Assembly (NCBI GenBank): GCA_017538895.1
Contig: JAFYHY010000108.1
Location: 18,225-82,224 of the forward strand
Direction: 5' to 3'
DNA length: 64,000 bases
From: Aeriscardovia sp.
GTDB taxonomy: Bacteria > Actinomycetota > Actinomycetes > Actinomycetales > Bifidobacteriaceae
Numbering within the stretch: the stretch's first letter is position 1; each line of letters begins with the position of its first letter. Made by a program: the position numbers and the translations under genes. Shown here piece by piece: positions 1 through 10,252 of the stretch. The notes beneath the pieces were generated by a model that saw nothing but the letters and a program-made list of their open reading frames with translations, ran no database searches and was not told the origin of the DNA.

Positions 1-1078
1 GTACAAAATGAATAGTAATTCCCTTAAGAGCAGTGATCTCATACATTGTGTCTTCTGGGACGACGACTGATGCCCCATAACGAATTAATGGACCATTACC
101 ATATACTTCACGTGTTTGTCGGCCTACTGCGGAGACGAAACGACCGATTAAAGCACTTTCTGCATTCTTTAATTCAGCAAGACTGTATCGTGTTCCAGTG
201 AATGTCTCTGGTAAAAGATGGCTTTCTTGAATACGACGATAAGCGGCTTCTAGTTTATCTGGATCCCATTGCTGCCCATGCCATTCTCGAACATCATTAA
301 TCAATGCTTCAATGATGTTCAGCTTATTTAACCAATCAGATTGGAAATAACCTTCATGGATAATGTCTTCAAGATCATGCACTGAATAGGAAATATCATC
401 TGAAATATCCATGATTTGTCCTTCGATAGGCTTGACGCCTCGAGGAGCATTTTGACGTACCCAATAAAAAACGTCAGTATCATCAGGATAGACACAGAAT
501 TTTATTCCTCGGTCATGTTGTGGAAATTGAGTAGCTTCCTCATAGGTCCAAGGATATTTAATACAAGCATCTAATGATGCTCGTGTTAAGTTTAATCCAG
601 CGGAACGTTCTTGATGAGGGAAAAATATTTTTGGTTCTAGCCTTGTAAGGATGCGTAATGTTTGTGCGTTTCCTTCAAAACCACCAATATTCTTAGCGAT
701 TTCAGCTAGCTTTCCTTCACCGGTATGGCCGAATGGTGGATGTCCTAAATCATGTGCTAAACATGCGGCATCAACAATATTTTGATCACATCCGAGTTCT
801 TCAGCGATCTGTCGACCTATTTGAGCAACCTCAAGTGTATGCGTTAATCGAGTTCGTGCGAATTCATCTGTTCCTGCCATATCTATTTGCGTTTTTTCGC
901 CTAAACGGCGGAAAGCAGATGAATTAATCAGACGCGCACGATCACGTTCGAAATCGGTTCGTGTCTGTGACTTGGACCAGGTTTCTGGAACCCAATGTTC
1001 AGCGTCATAGGTGGAATAAGTAGTAGGACGATGTGTCATCGATGATGGGGTATTTATGAAATGAATTAGATCCTCCAT
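1..1078 (-). CDS. dgt: dGTP triphosphohydrolase-like HD-domain protein. Only the N-terminal part is present; the C-terminus lies beyond the left edge.
   Basis: I translated the minus strand myself; the ORF track misses it because there is no stop in the window. It reads TDFERDRARLINSSAFRRLGEKTQ...TRLTHTLEVAQIGRQIA...LAHDLGHPPFGHTGE, the HD motif of the dGTPase family. The start is the ATG at 1078 or the in-frame ATG at 1039. Confidence 0.85.
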   Translation of the reverse strand, partial: MEDLIHFINTPSSMTHRPTTYSTYDAEHWVPETWSKSQTRTDFERDRARLINSSAFRRLGEKTQIDMAGTDEFARTRLTHTLEVAQIGRQIAEELGCDQNIVDAACLAHDLGHPPFGHTGEGKLAEIAKNIGGFEGNAQTLRILTRLEPKIFFPHQERSAGLNLTRASLDACIKYPWTYEEATQFPQHDRGIKFCVYPDDTDVFYWVRQNAPRGVKPIEGQIMDISDDISYSVHDLEDIIHEGYFQSDWLNKLNIIEALINDVREWHGQQWDPDKLEAAYRRIQESHLLPETFTGTRYSLAELKNAESALIGRFVSAVGRQTREVYGNGPLIRYGASVVVPEDTMYEITALKGITIHFV

Positions 1079-1112
1079 ATTCCAAACGTAGACGAAAGGC
1101 ACGATTTTTTAT

Positions 1113-2546
1113 TTAGCTTAAGATACTGCGTTGATCTAAAAGTTGTAAATCGTTTTCTGAAAGAACTTCTTTTGCATGCACGTAAAGTCGTGGAATACGG
1201 TTCCTGAGACAGGTATAAATGACGTAATTGATGGTATCAGCGCTTTCTGCCCAATCATCTGCAGTTGGTTCACAGTATTTTGCACCACGTCCTGGAGCAA
1301 AAAGCTGTACAGTATCTCCTTCTTTTACTTGCAAGTCAGAGGCTAAACCATGGAGATCGATTAAGAATTGATCCATACATACACGACCGCTAACTGTACA
1401 TAAACGTGGTCCTTGTGCTGTCATAACACGTACTGGACCACCTTGATGGTCACAATGTAGGGATCCTAGTTCATTAGATCCAGAGGCTAAACGTTGAATA
1501 CCATCAGCGTACCCTAATGGAACAATAGCAATACTTGTTTCTTGATCTGTTATATACGTACGTCCGTATGAAATTGCATGATGCGCTGGCAGTGTTTTAA
1601 TGGTTCCTAATTGCGCTTGCAGTGACATGGCAGGAACTAGACCAAAATCAGCGGGAGTACCCATTGCAGGGTCTGCTTCATAACCATAGAAACCATTACC
1701 AGGACGTACTAATTCGAAGTGAATATCTGGACGACTAAATGTAGCTGCTGTATTTGCCAGATGTCGAATTTGTGGTTTAAGTCCTACTGCTGTCATACGG
1801 TCAACGAACTGGTTGAATGATTCAATTTGTTGATCTGTCCATCGAACGAATTCTTGGTTTTGAGGTGCATCAGCAACAGCAAGATGACTGTAAAGACCAA
1901 CGATATCAAGAAGACTACGTTGTGCACCATCTTGCAGGAGAGATAATGCTTGATCAAATTCAGCTGGTGTAAATCCATTACGTCCGAATCCTGTATCGAC
2001 AGCAATATGTAAACGTGCTTTAGTATGGCACTGCTGAGCTGCTTGGCATGCTGCGTGGATCGCATCAAAAGATCCGATACCTAAATCAATATTATTCAGA
2101 ATGAGTTCCTCATATGGCGCGTCTAATGCACTGCTCATCCATCCTAAGATGTGTGCGCGATCAGGACCTATACCAGCTTGACGGAGTAATAGTGCTTCGC
2201 TGACTTTTGCTGTGCCTAACCATGTTGCACCACCAGCTAATGCAGCGAGTGCTGATGCAATTAGACCATGACCATAACCGTCAGCTTTGACTACTCCAAG
2301 TACTTGGGCTTGTGGGTTATATTTTTTTGTTTCAGCGACTAAACGTTTCATGTTCTGTGTCAGGGCACGCATATCAACGATAATTTGTGCTGGGAAATAG
2401 CGTCGTGCTGCTTCGTAATTGAATTGACCTTGTTTATCTAAAGGTTCGTTAGCAACGATAGCTGTACTCCGATATGTCTGTGTTGAAAGAAGAGATTGTG
2501 ATGCAACAGAAGATGGTGATGAAGAACTAAACGATATCACTGACAT
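1113..2546 (-). CDS. alr: Alanine racemase with a Ser-rich N-terminal extension
   Basis: 477-aa ORF with the PLP-lysine motif VVKADGYGHG and overall Alr-like layout. The start was not verified and no clear RBS is present. Confidence 0.85.
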   Translation of the reverse strand: MSVISFSSSSPSSVASQSLLSTQTYRSTAIVANEPLDKQGQFNYEAARRYFPAQIIVDMRALTQNMKRLVAETKKYNPQAQVLGVVKADGYGHGLIASALAALAGGATWLGTAKVSEALLLRQAGIGPDRAHILGWMSSALDAPYEELILNNIDLGIGSFDAIHAACQAAQQCHTKARLHIAVDTGFGRNGFTPAEFDQALSLLQDGAQRSLLDIVGLYSHLAVADAPQNQEFVRWTDQQIESFNQFVDRMTAVGLKPQIRHLANTAATFSRPDIHFELVRPGNGFYGYEADPAMGTPADFGLVPAMSLQAQLGTIKTLPAHHAISYGRTYITDQETSIAIVPLGYADGIQRLASGSNELGSLHCDHQGGPVRVMTAQGPRLCTVSGRVCMDQFLIDLHGLASDLQVKEGDTVQLFAPGRGAKYCEPTADDWAESADTINYVIYTCLRNRIPRLYVHAKEVLSENDLQLLDQRSILS

Positions 2547-2662
2547 AGGTGATTCTGATTTCTTTCGTTATATACAAAATGAATAAATATGTTTCTTTAT
2601 TATTGTGCCGTATTTTGAGCATGAGAAAGGCAGCTTATTTATTTTTTTACTATTTTAACGAA

Positions 2663-2692
2663 ATGGGCCTGATCTTTACGGATTAGGCCCAT
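2663..2692 (-). terminator. Hairpin downstream of the lipoprotein gene
   Basis: atgggcctgatc / gattaggcccat forms a 12-bp stem with one mismatch and a 6-nt loop, 24 nt after the stop. The U-tract is weak. Confidence 0.45.
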
Positions 2693-2715
2693 GTTATTTA
2701 TTTAATTTTATTAGA

Positions 2716-3651
2716 TTAGTTTTTTTGTGTTGATTGTTTTGCAGCTGTCTTAATGTTGTTGATTAATGCAGTCTCCCATATATCGAGATCGGAGTATTGT
2801 GATGGCATGGTTTCAGTGAAATCAACGATTGGGATGCCCTTAGAGCGTGCTAATGCAACTAGTTGGTTAGTTGTGGAATTAGCTTCCTGAACGTTATCAA
2901 CGAGAAGGTCAATCTTCTTTTCGTTGATTAATGTGCGGAATGCTTCGATATCAGCTGGAGCTGGTGTTGAATTGTTCAGTTCAGCTTGAGCAAATCCAGT
3001 TGGAGTCTTAATATCCATTCCAAGGTCTTTCATAATGTAGTGAGAGACTGGAGCGGTTGCTGCGTATGGTTTACCTTGCAATTCTTTCTTTGCAGAGGCG
3101 ATTTCAGTTTGAAGTTTGTCTTCTCCAGCTAACCATGTCTTGTAGTTAGCTTCAAAAGTAGACGTATCTGATGGGTCAATTTGTTCTAGAGCTTTGAGAT
3201 AAGCTTTTGCTGTTGTCTGACGTACTGCTGAAGAAAACCATACGTGTGGGTTATCACCAGCGTGGATGTTATCTGTTGATGCAGCGTCGACAATGATTGC
3301 TTTCCCTTGCTGTGCAGCATTGGTTGCCCAGCGGTCATATCCAGCACCATTGACAAGAACAAGTTGAGCGTTTTCAAGGGTAGCAACATCAGAAGCTGTT
3401 GGTTCAAAGTCACGTGCGTTTACTGTATCATTCGATAAAATGACATGGAGTGAGATGTCTTTGCCGCCAATGATTTTTGCAACTGATTCCCACTGATTAA
3501 CACTGACAGCAACATCAACAGTTTTTGCCTTAGAAGATGCTGTTGTTGAGGTTGTGTTACCACATGCTGCTGTTGCAACAATTGTTAATAAAGCGGTTGC
3601 TACCGTTACAATTGCCTTAATAATTTTTTTGCGTCCTGGTTGTATGACCAT
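2716..3651 (-). CDS. ZnuA/TroA-family (cluster 9) metal ABC substrate-binding lipoprotein, with no ABC partner genes nearby
   Basis: Lipobox LLTIVATAAC|G, plus family motifs LVLVNGAGYDRW and GDNPHVWFS. No permease or ATPase gene lies adjacent. Confidence 0.7.
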   Translation of the reverse strand: MVIQPGRKKIIKAIVTVATALLTIVATAACGNTTSTTASSKAKTVDVAVSVNQWESVAKIIGGKDISLHVILSNDTVNARDFEPTASDVATLENAQLVLVNGAGYDRWATNAAQQGKAIIVDAASTDNIHAGDNPHVWFSSAVRQTTAKAYLKALEQIDPSDTSTFEANYKTWLAGEDKLQTEIASAKKELQGKPYAATAPVSHYIMKDLGMDIKTPTGFAQAELNNSTPAPADIEAFRTLINEKKIDLLVDNVQEANSTTNQLVALARSKGIPIVDFTETMPSQYSDLDIWETALINNIKTAAKQSTQKN

Positions 3652-3766
3652 AGGATTAACTTTCTACATTCTGTAGTGTATTTATGAAATGTAATCTCAT
3701 TATCTTTAGAAAAATTATTTATTTCGTTTCCAAAGAATTAAGGCTATAAGATTTACTTTATTATAG

Positions 3767-4507
3767 TCAGAGTGGTATACGAGAAGTAAATACCCAGTGC
3801 TCTCCTGTAATAGGATCATCCATTTCTAAGGTACGAGCCACTAATTCTAATGGTGTTGAAAAATCGTTATAGGCTCGATTCTGAATTATTGGATATAAGT
3901 CGTCACCAAGAATTGGAAGACCTAATCGATTCATATGAACGCGTAGTTGATGAGTTTTACCTGTATGAGGGTGTAGAACATAAATAGAGCTATAAGGATG
4001 TTGTTTTAATGCTGCGTAATCATCAGTAGTGAAGTCTTTTTCCTGTTTTAATTCGATATACGTGCGCGCATTGGGTTGTTTATTTTCTACTTCATACGCT
4101 TGTAAGGTTCCAACATCTTTTTTTATATAAGATTGGATCGTTTGAGGAAATAGCATATTAGGATCACGTGGTGCTAAGCACTCATAGACTTTTGATACTT
4201 CCCTATTCTGGAACTTTAATTGATAGGCACCACGATCATTCGCATGCTTCACGAAAAGAATAATTCCTGCTGTTTGTCGATCTAATCGATGTGCTGGAAT
4301 AAGATCCTGATTACCGGTTTCTTCTCGTAGCTGTATTAAAGCAGTATTGTGATACCACATTCCGCGAGGAGTAGTTGCTAAAAAGTGAGGCTTATCAATA
4401 ACAATGACGCGAGCATTTTCAAAGAGAATGGTGTAGTGGAATGGAATATCTGGTTCATCGGTCACATAACGATGAGACATTCCAGAGCGCGCTGTTCGAT
4501 CTGTCAT
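3767..4507 (-). CDS. RluA-family pseudouridine synthase
   Basis: Catalytic motif HRLDRQTAGIILF. Protein is 246 aa with no S4 domain. A 4-nt overlap with the upstream gene suggests translational coupling. Confidence 0.8.
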   Translation of the reverse strand: MTDRTARSGMSHRYVTDEPDIPFHYTILFENARVIVIDKPHFLATTPRGMWYHNTALIQLREETGNQDLIPAHRLDRQTAGIILFVKHANDRGAYQLKFQNREVSKVYECLAPRDPNMLFPQTIQSYIKKDVGTLQAYEVENKQPNARTYIELKQEKDFTTDDYAALKQHPYSSIYVLHPHTGKTHQLRVHMNRLGLPILGDDLYPIIQNRAYNDFSTPLELVARTLEMDDPITGEHWVFTSRIPL

Positions 4508-5481
4508 AAACGGTTATTCTTTTCTTTGACGAGAAGTGAATTCATGATCAGTTCTCGCGCTTGCGGTACATAATGAGCTATTTGTAAAGCTGTAAGAGGA
4601 TGGCCAGCATACTTGTGTGGACTGTTCATCATTCCAATGGTAGATTGCATCGGATCAATGAGCTGGCGCTCTGTCAGGACATGTGAGGCAAGACCAGCAG
4701 CATAGCCATGAAGCATTACTCCTGTTGCAATTGCAGTAATACGTTGTTGATTATTGATGAAGCGATTTTTATTTTGAGCTAACAAGCTTCCGATAATACC
4801 AGCTAAAATGTCGCCTGTTCCTGCTGTTGATAACCAAAATGTTGGAGCTTTTACTGAAAGGCAGAGAGACTGTTCGCTATTATTGTCTTCTGGTATAGCA
4901 ATGAAGGTTTCTGCTCCTTTAAGGACAACGCAGCATTGCAATAAATGGCTTGTGTAAATAGCCCATTGAGCTGGATGAGCTGTAATACTGTCTTGTTTTA
5001 CTTCATTAACTTGTAAGGAGTGTAATAGTTGAAGTAATTCACCAGTATGCGGAGTAATCACCACATGTGAATAGGAGGCTTTATGGGTGACTGCATACTG
5101 TGCAAAAGTTTCTAATGCTCCTGCATCAATCACGCATGCAGTATATTGAGACGCTTGCGACAGAATAGTTGTTATGAGTGGGAATCGCTGATCTACGTGG
5201 AGTTGTGTAATTCCTGGTCCTATCACCCATACATCTGTACGTCCATCATGAATAACAACCTCAGGGCGGCGTGACAATATGAGATCCTCACACCGCCGAG
5301 GGCCGATATAACGGACGTAACCTGCTCCTGTTTGTACTGCTGCCTCTGTTACGAGAATAGAGGCTCCTGGATAGTCAGATGATCCTGCAATAATTCCAAC
5401 AACTCCGCGCGTATATTTGTTGTCATTTTGAGTTGGAGCAGCAAGAAAAGCTTTCGTATCGTTTACACACAGTACATGCAT
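4504..5481 (-). CDS. nnrD: NAD(P)H-hydrate dehydratase (YjeF C-terminal / carbohydrate-kinase-like domain only)
   Basis: Motifs KYTRGVVGIIAGS and GTGDILAGIIGSLLAQ. No N-terminal epimerase domain is present. Confidence 0.75.
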   Translation of the reverse strand: MHVLCVNDTKAFLAAPTQNDNKYTRGVVGIIAGSSDYPGASILVTEAAVQTGAGYVRYIGPRRCEDLILSRRPEVVIHDGRTDVWVIGPGITQLHVDQRFPLITTILSQASQYTACVIDAGALETFAQYAVTHKASYSHVVITPHTGELLQLLHSLQVNEVKQDSITAHPAQWAIYTSHLLQCCVVLKGAETFIAIPEDNNSEQSLCLSVKAPTFWLSTAGTGDILAGIIGSLLAQNKNRFINNQQRITAIATGVMLHGYAAGLASHVLTERQLIDPMQSTIGMMNSPHKYAGHPLTALQIAHYVPQARELIMNSLLVKEKNNRL

Positions 5482-5497
5482 TAGTTGTATTCCATTT

Positions 5498-7384
5498 TTA
5501 TTCCACAGTAACTGATTTTGCTAGATTACGAGGCTTATCAACGTCCAATTGTTTGGCTTCTGCCATGTATAGCGCAAATAGTTGTAATGGCACAACATCA
5601 ACGAGGGGGCTGACTAACGTTGGGCATTGTGGACGCCAGAAAATAACATCAGCATAACGTTCAACGTCTGGATCGGCTTCTTCTGCAATGGCAATCGTAT
5701 AGGCTCCACGAGCTTTCACTTCTTCAATATTAGAAATTACTTTGCTATGAAGAACGTTACGGTCACATGCAGATGGGACAATGACAATAACTGGTACGTT
5801 CTCTTCAATGAGAGCAATAGGACCGTGCTTTAACTCTCCTGCTGCACAACCTTGCGTGAATGTATAAGCGATTTCTTTGAGTTTTAATGCGCCTTCGAGA
5901 GCTACTGGATAACCGACATTTCTTCCAAGGAATAAGAACGTTTGTTGAGAAACTAATTTCTGAGCAACATCTTGTATCGATTCAGAATCATGTTTCAGAA
6001 TCCAATCGATTTTTTCTGGGATTGCTCTGAGGGATGAAAGGATGCCGTTGATTTCATCGTGGAATAAGGTGCCTTTTACTTGTGCTAGGTAGAGGCCTAG
6101 TAAGTATTCAGCAGTTATTTGCGCTACGAATGCTTTGGTTGATGCTACAGCAATTTCTGGTCCTGCATGTGTGTAGAGAACAGCATCTGATTCACGTGGG
6201 ATAGATGATCCTTGTGTATTGCAGATAGAGAGAACTGTAGCTTGTTGTTCACGTGCATGACGAATGGCCATTAATGTGTCCATTGTTTCGCCTGATTGTG
6301 AAATGGCAACAACGAGAGTTTGTGGAGTAAGGATTGGATCACTGTATCGGAACTCATGGGAAAGGATAACTTCAACTGGGATACGAACCCAGTGCTCAAT
6401 AGCATATTTTGCGACTTGTCCAGCATATGAAGCGGTTCCGCATCCAATGATGACAATACGGTCAATGGTTTTAAAGAGTTTTTCATCAATATGAACTTCG
6501 TCGAGCTTAATATTACCGTCGAGGTCGAATCGACTCATGAGAGTTTCACGTACTGCAGCAGGATCTTCGTGAATTTCTTTCTTCATAAAGGAATCCCAGC
6601 CACTTTTTTCAACTGCTGATGCATCCCAGTCAACAGTGAATTCTTTTGGAGTTACTTTATTGCCATCAAAGTCAGTAACAACAATGGTATCTCCTTGGAC
6701 CATGACGGCGTTATCTTGGCCGATTTCGAGAGCATGCTTTGTATATGAGATAAAGGCTGTTACATCGGATGCGAGGAATGTCTCTTTGTCTCCTAAACCT
6801 AAGACCAGAGGCTCATCTCGACGAATAGCACAAACAACGTCTGGTTGACGAACATCAACAGCAAGAATTGCGAATGTGCCATCAAGCATTTTACCTAGGC
6901 GACGCATTGCTTCAAATAGATTTGGTTTTCCTGTCTCTTCGATAATCACATTTGCAATTCGTCCTAAGAGTTTAGCTGCAACTTCAGAATCTGTTTGTGA
7001 AGTAAAACTATAGCCTTCAGATTGTAATTCAAACTTTAAACGTACTGCATTCTCAATGATGCCATTGTGAATGATTGCAATCTTATGATCTTTACTTAGA
7101 TGAGGATGAGCATTGGTATCATTTGGTTCACCATTAGTAGCCCATCGTGTATGTCCGATGCATACCTGTGCCTCTGGCAGAGGATGCAATTTCAGGTCCT
7201 CTTCTAGAACGCTCAGACGCCCAGCTTTTTTATCAAGAGCAACCTGATCCATATGTGGACCAACGCAAGCAACGCCTGCCGAATCATATCCACGGTATTC
7301 TAGACGACTTAATCCTTGTAAACAAACCTCAAGTGGTTTATTAGAAACTGTTATAGGACCTGAATATCCAACTATTCCGCACAT
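5498..7384 (-). CDS. glmS: Glutamine--fructose-6-phosphate aminotransferase
   Basis: MCGIVGY N-terminal nucleophile; I placed the start at this Met, 18 nt inside the ORF-track start. Two SIS domains and the C-terminal LAKSVTVE are present. Confidence 0.95.
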   Translation of the reverse strand: MCGIVGYSGPITVSNKPLEVCLQGLSRLEYRGYDSAGVACVGPHMDQVALDKKAGRLSVLEEDLKLHPLPEAQVCIGHTRWATNGEPNDTNAHPHLSKDHKIAIIHNGIIENAVRLKFELQSEGYSFTSQTDSEVAAKLLGRIANVIIEETGKPNLFEAMRRLGKMLDGTFAILAVDVRQPDVVCAIRRDEPLVLGLGDKETFLASDVTAFISYTKHALEIGQDNAVMVQGDTIVVTDFDGNKVTPKEFTVDWDASAVEKSGWDSFMKKEIHEDPAAVRETLMSRFDLDGNIKLDEVHIDEKLFKTIDRIVIIGCGTASYAGQVAKYAIEHWVRIPVEVILSHEFRYSDPILTPQTLVVAISQSGETMDTLMAIRHAREQQATVLSICNTQGSSIPRESDAVLYTHAGPEIAVASTKAFVAQITAEYLLGLYLAQVKGTLFHDEINGILSSLRAIPEKIDWILKHDSESIQDVAQKLVSQQTFLFLGRNVGYPVALEGALKLKEIAYTFTQGCAAGELKHGPIALIEENVPVIVIVPSACDRNVLHSKVISNIEEVKARGAYTIAIAEEADPDVERYADVIFWRPQCPTLVSPLVDVVPLQLFALYMAEAKQLDVDKPRNLAKSVTVE

Positions 7385-7477
7385 ATCTTCAGAGTAAAAC
7401 ACTCGAGATTATGTGGTGTCGGACTTTTCTTAACATCTACATCTCATTTGCTCATTATTCAAAAAATGATCATATTT

Positions 7478-7975
7478 CTATCGAAAAGTATTATTTCTCA
7501 TGTTTTTTAGTCGTAATGCGCGTTGCATGGCTCGTTTATCATCTGCTTCTCGTAAAGCAGCACGTTTATCATATTCTTTTTTACCACGAGCTAATGCAAT
7601 GCTGACTTTAACACGACCATCATTATTAAAGTAAAGCGATAATGGGATGATGGTGTATCCTTTAGCTTCCGTTTGACGGCTTAATTTATTGATTTCTCGT
7701 TCGTGAAGTAATAATTTTCTTTTGCGACGTGGCGCATGATTAGCCCATGTACCATTGAGGTACTCGGGAATGTTAGCATTCTCAAGCCAAATTTCACCAC
7801 GTTTATCAATAGATACGAATGCTTCAACCAGAGATGCATGTCCAGCACGCAATGATTTTACTTCTGTCCCACGAAGAGCAAGACCAGCTTCAAATTCATT
7901 TTCAATAAAGTAATCATGTCGTGCACGCCTATTAATTGCAATGGTTTTATTATTACTATTTTTTTTCTTGCTCAT
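7478..7975 (-). CDS. smpB: SsrA-binding protein
   Basis: [11 protein letters not shown]...GTEVKSLR...[11 protein letters not shown]. The likely start is MSKKK at 7975. Confidence 0.93.
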   Translation of the reverse strand: MSKKKNSNNKTIAINRRARHDYFIENEFEAGLALRGTEVKSLRAGHASLVEAFVSIDKRGEIWLENANIPEYLNGTWANHAPRRKRKLLLHEREINKLSRQTEAKGYTIIPLSLYFNNDGRVKVSIALARGKKEYDKRAALREADDKRAMQRALRLKNMRNNTFR

Positions 7976-8049
7976 TCTTTTATTGTGCCTCAAAATAAAA
8001 CACATTAACAATGGAAAAGGGGCAGCTCCTTACTGCCCCTTTTCCATTG

Positions 8050-9174
8050 TTATTCTTCAGCTTCTTCCCTCATGCGTTCTTGATGACGCCAACGGATTCC
8101 TGCTGCGAGGAAAGCGTCAATGTCTCCATCGAAAACGCCAGATGTATTGGATGTTTCATATCCTGTTCGTAAATCTTTCACCATCTGATATGGGTGCAAA
8201 ACATATGAGCGGATCTGATCTCCCCAACTTGCTTTTACATCACCAGCAAGTTCCTTACGTTTCTTACGTTCTGCTTCCTTTTTCAAGACTAATAAGCGAG
8301 ATTCAAGGACTTGCATTGCTGCTGCTCGGTTCTGAATCTGGCTACGTTCATCCTGCATAGAAACGACTAATCCAGTAGGAAGATGGGTAATACGAACAGC
8401 TGAATATGTTGTATTAACACCTTGTCCGCCAGGACCAGAAGCTTGGAAGGTATCTACACGAATTTCAGAATCTGGAATATCAATATGATCGCTTGTAGCA
8501 ACTAAAGGAATAACTTCAACTCCTGCAAAGCTTGTTTGACGACGACCTTGATTATCGAATGGAGAAATACGAACTAAACGATGTGTTCCACCTTCAACAG
8601 ATAATTTGCCGTAGGCATATGGTTCATTGACTTGGAAGGTAGCTGATTTGATACCGCCTTCTTCACCATAAGAGGTGTTCAGTACCTTTGTTTTATAACC
8701 ATTGCGTTCCGCCCAGCGAAGGTACATACGGAGAAGCATATGTGCCCAGTCAGAAGCATCAATACCGCCAGCACCAGAACGAATTGTTACTACTGCTTGA
8801 CGTTCGTCATATTCACCATCAAGCAATGTGTTAATTTCGAGGTCGGCAAGATCCTTACGGATCTGTTCTACTTCGGCTTTTGCTTCATTAATCGTGTCAG
8901 CGTCCGCCATTTCTTCGCCTAAAGCTTCTAATGTTTCAACATCATCAAGACGTTGTTCCATATCAGTTAAGCGCTTTAACATAGCCTGTGAACTTGATAA
9001 TTGTGAAGTTACTTCTTGGGCATGATCGGTATCATCCCATAATCCAGGTGCGGATGCCTCTTTTTCAAGATCTGCAATACGAGTACGCAATTTATCTGGG
9101 TTAACAGCATCAGAAATTGTGGTGAATGTGGCTCGTGCCATACCAAGACTTTGCGTAAAATCAATATCTGCCAT
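8050..9174 (-). CDS. prfB: Peptide chain release factor 2, a single uninterrupted ORF
   Basis: SPF tripeptide (RISPFD) and GGQ (SGPGGQGVN). No internal in-frame stop or frameshift site is present. Confidence 0.95.
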   Translation of the reverse strand: MADIDFTQSLGMARATFTTISDAVNPDKLRTRIADLEKEASAPGLWDDTDHAQEVTSQLSSSQAMLKRLTDMEQRLDDVETLEALGEEMADADTINEAKAEVEQIRKDLADLEINTLLDGEYDERQAVVTIRSGAGGIDASDWAHMLLRMYLRWAERNGYKTKVLNTSYGEEGGIKSATFQVNEPYAYGKLSVEGGTHRLVRISPFDNQGRRQTSFAGVEVIPLVATSDHIDIPDSEIRVDTFQASGPGGQGVNTTYSAVRITHLPTGLVVSMQDERSQIQNRAAAMQVLESRLLVLKKEAERKKRKELAGDVKASWGDQIRSYVLHPYQMVKDLRTGYETSNTSGVFDGDIDAFLAAGIRWRHQERMREEAEE

Positions 9175-9219
9175 AATTCCTCAAAAATTAATCAATTCGA
9201 ACTGTCGATAATAATATCT

Positions 9220-9999
9220 TTATTCATGACGTGCAGTCATAATAATTGGTTCGCCATCAGTGATGCAGATCTCATGTTCAGAGTGAGCACCGCGAGAACC
9301 ATCAGCAGAACGAATTGTCCAACCATCATCTTGATCTTGGTAGATATCTGCAGTGCCTTCCATGAGCCATGGTTCAATGCAAATAACAAGACCTGGACGT
9401 AAACGGTATCCGCGGTGAGCACGACCATCATTTGGAACATATGGATCGCAATGCATTTCATGTCCGATACCGTGGCCGCCAAATGTCATGTTAACATCAT
9501 ATCCACGTTCATGAGCAACAGCGCCGGCAGCCGCTGAAACATCACCTAAGTGGTTGCCAGCATAGCATTGACTAATTGCTGCAGCGAGTGCATCTTCTGT
9601 TGCTTTGATGACTTTTAGATCTTCTTTACGGGCGTGGTCTCCGACGACAAAACTGATTGCAGAATCCCCAACCCATCCGTTAACGGTTAATGCAAGATCC
9701 AGGCTTAAAAGATCTCCGTCTTTGAGGTTGTAGTCATATGGGATACCGTGGAGGACGGCGTCGTTGACTGAGGTGCAGATGTAATGTCCGAATGGTCCGG
9801 TGCCAAAGTCAGGAGCATAGTTAACATATGGGCTAGAAGCTCCTTTACGATCAATTACCTTCTTATGAACATATTCATCAATCTCGAGAAGGTTGGTTCC
9901 GACTTTTGTCATATGACGCAGTTCTGTCAAAGTTTCAGCAACGAATTGTGCCGCAGGACGCATTTCCTGTACTTCTTGTTTAGTCTTAATTTCAATCAT
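9220..9999 (-). CDS. map: Type I methionine aminopeptidase
   Basis: Metal ligands are present (DLLSLD..GDSA, HGIGHEMH, CIEPW, HSEHE). I chose the ATG at 9999, which has a GGAGG 5 nt upstream. Confidence 0.92.
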   Translation of the reverse strand: MIEIKTKQEVQEMRPAAQFVAETLTELRHMTKVGTNLLEIDEYVHKKVIDRKGASSPYVNYAPDFGTGPFGHYICTSVNDAVLHGIPYDYNLKDGDLLSLDLALTVNGWVGDSAISFVVGDHARKEDLKVIKATEDALAAAISQCYAGNHLGDVSAAAGAVAHERGYDVNMTFGGHGIGHEMHCDPYVPNDGRAHRGYRLRPGLVICIEPWLMEGTADIYQDQDDGWTIRSADGSRGAHSEHEICITDGEPIIMTARHE

Positions 10000-10215
10000 T
10001 TTTACCTCCATAGGTAAATTGCTGCTTTAAAAATTGTTAAGATTCATATCAATGACGCCCATTGTCATGGATCATATACTTTTTTCTCTTCTCATATTGT
10101 AGGAAGAAATAGTAGAAGGATTCTCTTGTAGTTCTGAGAATTCCTTGTTCTCAGGTTTTTCTCTTTCTACCTATTGATTGCACTTTTCTGGCATAGCTTT
10201 CTAGCCGTTCAAACA

Positions 10216-10245
10216 TCAAAAAAGGGCTCCTGTTAAGAAGCCCTT
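10216..10245 (-). terminator. Rho-independent terminator after tRNA-Ser
   Basis: In minus sense: aagggct-tcttaacagg-agccctt followed by TTTTT. Confidence 0.7.
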
Positions 10246-10252
10246 TAAGAAG

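Noticed and set aside
1113-2546. Alanine racemase N-terminal Ser-rich extension as a novel domain
   Set aside because: It is about 50 aa of low-complexity sequence with no RBS support at the annotated start. It cannot be distinguished from a lineage-typical extension or start-site ambiguity without comparative data.
7385-7477. glmS ribozyme upstream of glmS, or a tmRNA gene next to smpB
   Set aside because: The gap is under 100 nt and AT-rich, and it lacks the conserved ribozyme core. No tmRNA-like 5' GGGG acceptor or tag reading frame is visible near smpB.
8050-9174. Programmed +1 frameshift in prfB
   Set aside because: The whole 374-aa RF2 is one uninterrupted ORF, with no early in-frame UGA and no CUU UGA slippery context. 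The frameshift is simply absent here.
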